Positions 26,132-32,000 of a stretch of DNA of 32,000 nucleotides are shown here, piece after piece (position 1 is the stretch's first letter; each line of letters begins with the position of its first letter). The notes below the pieces were generated by a model. It worked only from the letters and a program-made list of their open reading frames with translations. It was not told the origin of the DNA and made no database searches. A program made the translations under genes and the position numbers. The stretch is from Dickeya dadantii NCPPB 898 (GTDB lineage Bacteria; Pseudomonadota; Gammaproteobacteria; Enterobacterales; Enterobacteriaceae), in NCBI RefSeq assembly GCF_000406145.1, contig NZ_CM001976.1:193186-225185 (forward strand), given 5' to 3'.

Positions 26132-27316
26132 ATGGCAGTGAAATATATGGCATTGCTTACTCATGTGGGAACGACGAAATTGGCGAATGCCACTGCGTTG
26201 GGAAAAACGCTGGATATTACACATATGGGGGTAGGTGATGGAGGTGGAAATCCGACAACGCCAGATCCTGCTCAAACGGCATTGGTTAATGAAAAACGTC
26301 GTGCTCCACTAAATTATCTGAGTGTGGATCCGGCTAATCCCAACCAGATTATTGCCGAACAGGTGATTCCGGAAAATGAAGGCGGATTCTGGCTGCGTGA
26401 GATCGGTTTGTATGACGCGGATGGCGATCTGATTGCGGTGGCCAACTGCCCGGAAACCTATAAGCCGGAACTGAAGGAAGGGTCTGGCCGGGTACAGACG
26501 GTGCGCATGATTCTGATTGTTAGCCATACCGATGCGGTGGCGTTGAAGTTTGACCCAGCGGTGGCGCTGGCAAGCCGGCAATATGTCGATGACAAGACAT
26601 TATCCGCGCTGGCGTATACCGACACGAACGTGATCGAAGTTAAATCGTATGCTGACAACTTGTTGGCGGAGCATATTGCTGCGACCAATCCGCACAAGCA
26701 ATATGCGCCGATTGTCAGCCCGGCGTTAACCGGTATTCCCACCGCGCCGACAGCGGTGGCAGGAACCAATACGACACAACTGGCAACCACTGCGTTTGTT
26801 GCTGGCGCTATTGATTTGCTATCAGGTAAAACAGACAACAACGTCAAACTAAAACTGGATATTAACGACATCGTTGGTATTCCATTGCCGTGGCCGCAGG
26901 CTACCGCCCCGGCGGGCTGGCTTAAATGTAACGGTCAAGCGTTTGATAAAAATCGCTACCCGCGGCTGGCGCAGGTTTATCCGTCAGGTGTATTGCCGGA
27001 TTTACGCGGCGAATTTATTCGTGGTTGGGATGATGGGCGAGGAGTAGATACCGGGCGCGCTATTTTGTCAGCACAAACGGGATCACTCATCGTTGGCGAT
27101 ATTGCCAACAATATTAACATGGCGACGCTGAATAATGTTGGCGAAGCAGCGACAAAAGCCAATGTAGGCTGGGATACCGCTGAATTGACCTCAGCCAAAT
27201 ATCCGTCCATCCGGGTTAACGTTGTGTCTGGTCAAACGGCGACTGATCCCTATCCATATTGTGGTGTCGCCCGCCCCCGCAACCTCGCCTTTAACTACAT
27301 CGTGAGGGCGGCGTGA
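26132..27316 (+). CDS. tail fibre paralogue H5 with tail-collar-type C-terminal domain
   Basis: Starts MAVKYMALLTHVG with an AAGGGGA RBS. The C-terminal PLPWPQATAPAGWLKCNGQAFDKNRYPRLAQVY...LPDLRGEFIRGWDDGRG is the phage tail collar motif. The ORF-track start at 25856 is read-through of the upstream region. Confidence 0.85.
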   Translation: MAVKYMALLTHVGTTKLANATALGKTLDITHMGVGDGGGNPTTPDPAQTALVNEKRRAPLNYLSVDPANPNQIIAEQVIPENEGGFWLREIGLYDADGDLIAVANCPETYKPELKEGSGRVQTVRMILIVSHTDAVALKFDPAVALASRQYVDDKTLSALAYTDTNVIEVKSYADNLLAEHIAATNPHKQYAPIVSPALTGIPTAPTAVAGTNTTQLATTAFVAGAIDLLSGKTDNNVKLKLDINDIVGIPLPWPQATAPAGWLKCNGQAFDKNRYPRLAQVYPSGVLPDLRGEFIRGWDDGRGVDTGRAILSAQTGSLIVGDIANNINMATLNNVGEAATKANVGWDTAELTSAKYPSIRVNVVSGQTATDPYPYCGVARPRNLAFNYIVRAA

Positions 27317-27936
27317 TGACGGTCCCGACACAGGAAGCATGCGCTATGCTGACGGCCGAGGGGCTGGCGTCCCGTGCAGGCTGGTTACGGGTGTATCATG
27401 CGGATACGGTAACCCGTGAATATGATGGCTACAGCGAGGAATATCTGATGTTGGGAACAGGGATTCCGGCGCACAGTTATGCTGATGGGCCGCCGCAATC
27501 TGTGGCGGAAGGGCAAACGCTGCGCCGTTCGTCCGATGGTCTACGGTGGGAACTGATACCAGATCTTCGCGGGCGGACTGTCTACGATACACAGACGCGC
27601 CAGCCGCAGGTGGTGAGTGAGCTGGGGCCGTTGCCCATCAGTCTGACCCTGCTGCTGCCTGCCAGCGAGTTTGACTGCTGGAATGGTGTGCAATGGGTGA
27701 CCGATATCGCCGCTCATCAGGCAAGTCTGGCGCAGTCGGCGCGGCAGGAGCGCGATACCCGGCGTCAGGTTGCGCATGACCGTATCCGGGAACTGACCTA
27801 TGCGCAGGAACTGGAGATGGCCACCGAACAGGAAATCCGGGCGCTTAAGGACTGGAAAATCTATCTGGTGCAGTTAAGCCACATCGACCCGACCCATGCG
27901 CCGGATATTGACTGGCCGACCATACCAACAAACTGA
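27316..27936 (+). CDS. Tfa/gpG-type tail fibre assembly protein for H5
   Basis: GTGATGA overlap with the H5 stop. The C-terminal YAQELEMATEQEIRALKDWKIYLVQLSHIDPTHAPDIDWP is the Tfa signature. Confidence 0.85.
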   Translation: MTVPTQEACAMLTAEGLASRAGWLRVYHADTVTREYDGYSEEYLMLGTGIPAHSYADGPPQSVAEGQTLRRSSDGLRWELIPDLRGRTVYDTQTRQPQVVSELGPLPISLTLLLPASEFDCWNGVQWVTDIAAHQASLAQSARQERDTRRQVAHDRIRELTYAQELEMATEQEIRALKDWKIYLVQLSHIDPTHAPDIDWPTIPTN

Positions 27937-27953
27937 TTTGAATCTGTCGTGAT

Positions 27954-28001
27954 ACCCGTTCGGAATAACAACGCTCTGTTATTCCGAACGGGTTGTTTTT
28001 T
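27954..28001 (+). terminator. strong rho-independent terminator
   Basis: A 17-bp perfect stem, acccgttcggaataaca / tgttattccgaacgggt, followed by tgtttttt. Confidence 0.8.
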
Positions 28002-28081
28002 ATTGGCCTCTCTGACCGGCTGTTTATCCCCTTGCTTCTTAATGAGATCTTCATCTTGCTGGCAGGCATCAATAGCTTTGT

Positions 28082-28138
28082 TGTGCCATCGTCGTCACAC
28101 CCTTGTGAACGGGTGATTTTACTGGCTATCAGCATAAT
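28082..28138 (+). promoter_or_regulatory. Ogr-box late promoter candidate for H6 (inside a gene I stub, about 28075-28240)
   Basis: TGTgccatcgtcgtcACA (28082-28099), then 33 nt, then CATAAT (28133-28138). Confidence 0.5.
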
Positions 28139-28240
28139 GGTTGTCAGAAGGCAGACAGGACAATCAGCACTTGCCGTGCTTTGATCCTCCCCTGCAGCTG
28201 CCTGACCTTTTTCTTTAAAATCATGCTGATGAGAGAATCG

Positions 28241-29599
28241 ATGGGGACCAAATATTTCACCTTGCTCACCCAGATGGGTGAGAAAAAACTGGCGGCTGCG
28301 ATAGCCGCAGGAAAACCGCTGGAGCTGGTACAAATGGGGGTGGGGGATGGCAACGGTGTACTCCCCGCCCCGGATTCGGTACAGACCAGACTGGTTAATG
28401 AAAGACGGCGTGGGGCCATCAATTCACTAACGGTCGATCCGGATAATGCCAGCCAAATGATTGCCGAACAGGTGATCCCGGAAAATGAAGGCGGGTTCTG
28501 GCTGCGTGAAATCGGTCTGTACGATGTGGATGGCGATCTGATCGCGGTCGGCAACTGCCCGGAAACCTATAAGCCAGAATTGAAGGAAGGTTCCGGTCGG
28601 GTACAGACGGTACGCATGATTCTGATTGTCAGTCGCACCGATGCGGTGACGCTGAAGTTTGACCCGACGGTGGCGCTGGCGACACGGCGTTATGCGGATA
28701 CGTTGCTGGCCGATCATGTGGCAGCAATGAATCCGCACAAGCAGTATGCACCGATTGAAAGCCCGGTTTTTACCGGTAGTCCTACGGCACCGACACCAAC
28801 GGCAGGCGATAACAGTAAAAAGCTGGCAACAACGGAATTCGTCGCTGTCGGGCTATCAGGGAAAATGGATAAAAATCAGAACGGTGCTGATATCCAGGAT
28901 CCTGCCCAGTTTGTCAAAAACCTTGGTTTAGAAAGTCGCTTTGCAGGCCGCATCCTGCGCATAAAAAAAATCACCTCAAGCCAGAACTATCAATGGCCTG
29001 ATGATGTGTCTGCTATCGATGTCACCATTTGCGGTGCGGGCGGTGGTGGTGGTGCGGCGGCGGCATCCGCACAGAATTATCACTCGGCTGGGTCTGGCGG
29101 TGGCGCGGGTGGCTGTGCACGATCTTTTTATCGTAAAGGTGACATTCCTGCGTTGATCTATCTGGAGGTCGGAGCAGGCGGTATAGGCGGTGTAGACGCG
29201 ACATATGAACCGGGGTTGGGTGGCGCGACGAAATTTGGAACGTTAATGACGGCGAACGGGGGGTCAAGAGGTGCTAACGGTATTGCGATTGCAATCGGTA
29301 TGTCCGTCTTGATTGGTAACGGCGGTGGGGGTAATGCGTCTGGTGGGAATCTTGTCGCGGGTTTTGGCGGCTCAGGTACGCCTGCGATGTTTTTCAATAG
29401 TGGCTATGAATCCGGTGCGGGCGGTGATTCTGTTTTTTCATTTGGTGTACCGCCGATTGCATCAAATGCGCCTATAGGCGGATTTGATGGCGTAGATGGT
29501 GCTGGCGGTAGTGGCGGATATACGGTACCCGCAGGAGCCAGTGCTAAAGGCGGCAATGGCGGTAATGGCGTTATCATGATTGTGGAGTATTCAGCATGA
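28241..29599 (+). CDS. tail fibre paralogue H6 with glycine-rich C-terminal domain
   Basis: Starts MGTKYFTLLTQMGEKKLAAA. It has the gpH N-domain. The C-terminal roughly 190 aa are rich in GGxG runs (GAGGGGGAAAAS, GSGGGAGG, GNGGGGNASGGN, GAGGSGG). Confidence 0.85.
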   Translation: MGTKYFTLLTQMGEKKLAAAIAAGKPLELVQMGVGDGNGVLPAPDSVQTRLVNERRRGAINSLTVDPDNASQMIAEQVIPENEGGFWLREIGLYDVDGDLIAVGNCPETYKPELKEGSGRVQTVRMILIVSRTDAVTLKFDPTVALATRRYADTLLADHVAAMNPHKQYAPIESPVFTGSPTAPTPTAGDNSKKLATTEFVAVGLSGKMDKNQNGADIQDPAQFVKNLGLESRFAGRILRIKKITSSQNYQWPDDVSAIDVTICGAGGGGGAAAASAQNYHSAGSGGGAGGCARSFYRKGDIPALIYLEVGAGGIGGVDATYEPGLGGATKFGTLMTANGGSRGANGIAIAIGMSVLIGNGGGGNASGGNLVAGFGGSGTPAMFFNSGYESGAGGDSVFSFGVPPIASNAPIGGFDGVDGAGGSGGYTVPAGASAKGGNGGNGVIMIVEYSA

Positions 29600-29991
29600 G
29601 TAAAATATACGCGGTAATCGAGAACGGCGTGGTGATTAATACCGTGGTCTGGGATAGCGATGTTGAGGCTGACTGGAAGCCGCAGAATGGCGCGTTAATC
29701 GATATTTCATCAGAGCGTGTCGGTGTCGGTTATTTGTATTCTGACGGCGTGTTTACTCCACCCGAGAAACGCCGCGATGAATATATTGCGGACGCCACGC
29801 TACAAAAAACGCAGCTATTGTCAGAAGCGCAAAAAGCGATAGCAAACTGGCAGACCGACCTACTGCTGGGAATTATTTCTGACGATGATAAAAACCGGTT
29901 GGCCCGTTGGCGCGAGTACATGAAACAAATTGACGCTATTGATGTGCAGACCGCCCCAGCTATCAACTGGCCAATTCCCCCAGTCTCCTAA
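29596..29991 (+). CDS. tail fibre assembly chaperone for H6
   Basis: ATGA overlap with the H6 stop. The C-terminal LLLGIISDDDKNRLARWREYMKQIDAIDVQTAPAINWP is Tfa-like. Confidence 0.8.
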   Translation: MSKIYAVIENGVVINTVVWDSDVEADWKPQNGALIDISSERVGVGYLYSDGVFTPPEKRRDEYIADATLQKTQLLSEAQKAIANWQTDLLLGIISDDDKNRLARWREYMKQIDAIDVQTAPAINWPIPPVS

Positions 29992-30497
29992 CTGGATGTA
30001 GATGCCTTGCCCGCAGCCGGCCACAGCATCTCAACCAACTGCTCTGGATAGACTTGGTCCTGCGTGGCCAGCAGTTCATCGCGGCTCCACCAGTGGTGGT
30101 CCCGCATCACTTCCCGTTCATGTGCTGTCCATGCGTCAGTGTGGATGGCGCTGTCTGCAACGTGGATGACAAAAAACCGTTCATCGGCAATCACGGTGTC
30201 CCCGTTGGGCATCGCCATGTTAAAGGTTTGGGCAGCGAGGCAGGGGCCGGGGTCCTGGCGGCGGATGCCGGTTTCTTCCCACAGCTCCCGCAGCGCCGCT
30301 TGCTCAAAGCTTTCTCCGCTTTCCACTGCGCCGCCCGGCGTGGCCCAATAACGTTTCCCGGCAAGGGCATCACGAGTATGGTGAAACAGGAATAGCAACA
30401 CCCGTTGTTCAGGATTGAGGATCAGCAGGCGTGAGGCAGGTCGGCGTTTCATAAGGTTTCCTGGCGTATATCTGGTCGTCAGTATTTTCCCCGTCAT
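29988..30497 (-). CDS. Nudix hydrolase (likely start ATG 30452)
   Basis: Nudix box GGAVESGESFEQAALRELWEETGI. Its stop overlaps the stop of the convergent chaperone gene by 4 nt. Confidence 0.85.
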   Translation of the reverse strand: MTGKILTTRYTPGNLMKRRPASRLLILNPEQRVLLFLFHHTRDALAGKRYWATPGGAVESGESFEQAALRELWEETGIRRQDPGPCLAAQTFNMAMPNGDTVIADERFFVIHVADSAIHTDAWTAHEREVMRDHHWWSRDELLATQDQVYPEQLVEMLWPAAGKASTSS

Positions 30498-30654
30498 CTG
30501 AAGTGATGTCCATGCCGGCAGGCGAAATCCGCATGATGGCGCGGTTGCCGGTGTATGTCGGGCAACTGTCGGGTTGCTGTCCGGTTACTGTCGTGGTGTA
30601 TTGGCGGGGGCTGGCGCAGGCTGTTAGCAGGGTTTAATACAACAGGAGTACATC

Positions 30655-31125
30655 ATGAATACGATCAAATCACAGCGTCTTGCCCGCGCCTGGTCTCAGG
30701 AACAACTGGCTGAACTGTCTGCATTGAGCGTCAGAACCATCCAGCGGATCGAAAATGGGGAACGCGCCAGTCTGGAAACGCTCAGCGCCATTGCCGCCGC
30801 GTTTGGCGTTAACGTGACGGCGCTGATGGAGGAAGACAGCGAGCAGGCGGTGAGCGGCGAATCGCTGGCGCAGCGTATTGAGCTGGCCAGAACGCAGGTC
30901 GGGCAGGAGAGCCGTTTCTGGCGCAGCCTGCTGCTGTTTGTGCTGGTGAATGCGCTGTTGTTTGCCGTCAATCTGTTGGTCAACCCGCAAACGCACTGGT
31001 TCTTATGGCCGTTGTTGATTTGGGGCGGTGTGCTGGCGATTCGGGCGGCGCGGGTTTTCTGGCTGCGCGATCGCTGGTCGCGCTGGGAACAGGAGCGGTT
31101 GCAGAAAATTCTACGCAAGCCATAA
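30655..31125 (+). CDS. XRE-family HTH regulator with C-terminal 2-TM domain
   Basis: WSQEQLAELSALSVRTIQRIENGERASLETLSAIAAAFGV, plus two hydrophobic helices and a WLRDRW-type tail. Confidence 0.8.
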   Translation: MNTIKSQRLARAWSQEQLAELSALSVRTIQRIENGERASLETLSAIAAAFGVNVTALMEEDSEQAVSGESLAQRIELARTQVGQESRFWRSLLLFVLVNALLFAVNLLVNPQTHWFLWPLLIWGGVLAIRAARVFWLRDRWSRWEQERLQKILRKP

Positions 31126-31254
31126 ACCTGTCATCATTGAACGCTGTGCTTATGTTGGGAAACCGGAATTTATCGGGAAACCGGAAGTAAAGTGTCACGG
31201 TTTTCCCGCGTCAGAATTCGGTATACTGGCCCCCTCGTTTGGATGGAATAGTGT

Positions 31255-32000
31255 ATGAATTCTCATTACGCACGTCTGGTGACGACAGCCGCTTTTTTGG
31301 CTACCGCCACGGCGTTATCGTTATTTGGTCTGAAGGTGTACGCCTGGTGGTACACCGGTTCAGTCAGTTTGCTGGCGTCGCTGGTTGATTCGCTGGTGGA
31401 TATCGCGGCGTCGCTGGTCAATCTGCTGGTGGTGCGGTATTCGTTGCAACCCGCCGATACGGAACATACGTTCGGGCATGGCAAAGCCGAGTCGCTGGCC
31501 GCGCTGGCGCAGAGCATGTTCATTTCTGGTTCGGCGCTATTTTTGTTATTGACCGGCGCCCAGCATCTGATTACCCCGCAGCCGTTGCAAGGGCCTGAAC
31601 TGGGGATGTGGATTACGATCATTGCGCTGGTGGCGACAGGGCTGCTGGTCAGTTTCCAGCGTTGGGTGATCCGTAAGACTCATAGTCAGGCGGTGCGGGC
31701 GGATATGCTGCATTACCAGTCGGACGTCCTGATGAATGGCGCGATTTTGCTGTCGCTGGCGTTGAGCTGGAAGGGAATTAATTGGGCCGATGCGGTGTTC
31801 GCGCTGGGGATCGGCGTCTATATTTTAGGCAGCGCGTTGCGAATGGCGTATGAGGCTATTCAGGCGCTGTTGGATCGAGCCTTGCCGGACGAGGAGCGGC
31901 AGGAAATCATCAATATTGTGTCCTCATGGCCGGGCGTAAGCGGCGCGCATCAGCTGCGGACTCGCCGTTCAGGCCCGACCCGCTTTATCCAACTGCATCT
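31255..32000 (+). CDS. fieF: cation-diffusion-facilitator Fe/Zn efflux transporter FieF/YiiP (3' end off-window)
   Basis: [67 protein letters not shown]...[13 protein letters not shown]...[40 protein letters not shown] is nearly colinear with E. coli FieF. The ORF is absent from the ORF track because it has no stop within the window. Confidence 0.9.
   Translation, partial: MNSHYARLVTTAAFLATATALSLFGLKVYAWWYTGSVSLLASLVDSLVDIAASLVNLLVVRYSLQPADTEHTFGHGKAESLAALAQSMFISGSALFLLLTGAQHLITPQPLQGPELGMWITIIALVATGLLVSFQRWVIRKTHSQAVRADMLHYQSDVLMNGAILLSLALSWKGINWADAVFALGIGVYILGSALRMAYEAIQALLDRALPDEERQEIINIVSSWPGVSGAHQLRTRRSGPTRFIQLH

Noticed and set aside
15545-29991. An invertible fibre switch of the Gin/Cin/Hin or shufflon type.
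   Set aside because: All six fibre genes and all chaperones are on the + strand. I found no inverted fibre segments and no serine or tyrosine recombinase ORF in the window. A recombinase outside the window cannot be excluded.
15545-29991. A diversity-generating retroelement acting on the fibre tips.
   Set aside because: There is no reverse-transcriptase ORF and no template/variable repeat pair with adenine-specific differences. The tips differ throughout rather than at scattered A positions.
1-32000. CRISPR arrays, tRNA or rRNA genes, and integrase or recombinase genes.
   Set aside because: Reading both strands, I saw no regularly spaced short repeats, no cloverleaf-like or rRNA-like sequence, and no integrase-like ORF. 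The prophage int side would lie off-window to the left.

Overview
The window looks like an Enterobacterales chromosome upstream of fieF, and it splits into four parts.

1. **1-12.9 kb, late/tail region of a P2-family prophage or tailocin.** Gene order is lysB/lysC spanins, R, S, V, W, J, I, H, then U-T-E/E'-FII-FI on the opposite strand, then D and ogr. All calls rest on remembered P2 protein sequences and synteny. The FI-to-U block is inverted relative to canonical P2.

2. **12.9-15.4 kb, AT-rich cargo.** It encodes an ImmA/IrrE-type HEXXH metalloprotease, a 2-TM protein and a secreted protein.

3. **15.5-30.0 kb, the most unusual part.** Five more tail-fibre genes (H2-H6) lie on the same strand.
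   - All five keep the gpH N-terminal baseplate-docking domain but carry different C-terminal tips.
   - Three have their own Tfa-type assembly chaperone.
   - Each is preceded by a decayed stub of the gene I 3' end.
   - Each stub carries a TGT-N12-ACA dyad, a 33-34 nt gap and a CATAAT/GATAAT hexamer. This is the geometry of Ogr-dependent P2 late promoters.
   - No invertase or reverse transcriptase is present, so this is neither a Gin/Cin-type switch nor a DGR.
   - An insertion-sequence graveyard (IS3, IS407-like, IS110, IS256) carrying a methyltransferase-like gene interrupts the array.
   - Two copies of a terminator element resembling the cpxP 3'UTR/CpxQ sRNA suggest repeated integration near cpxP-fieF.

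4. **30.0-32.0 kb, host genes.** These are a Nudix hydrolase, an XRE-HTH/2TM protein and fieF (partial).

No rRNA, tRNA or CRISPR was seen.
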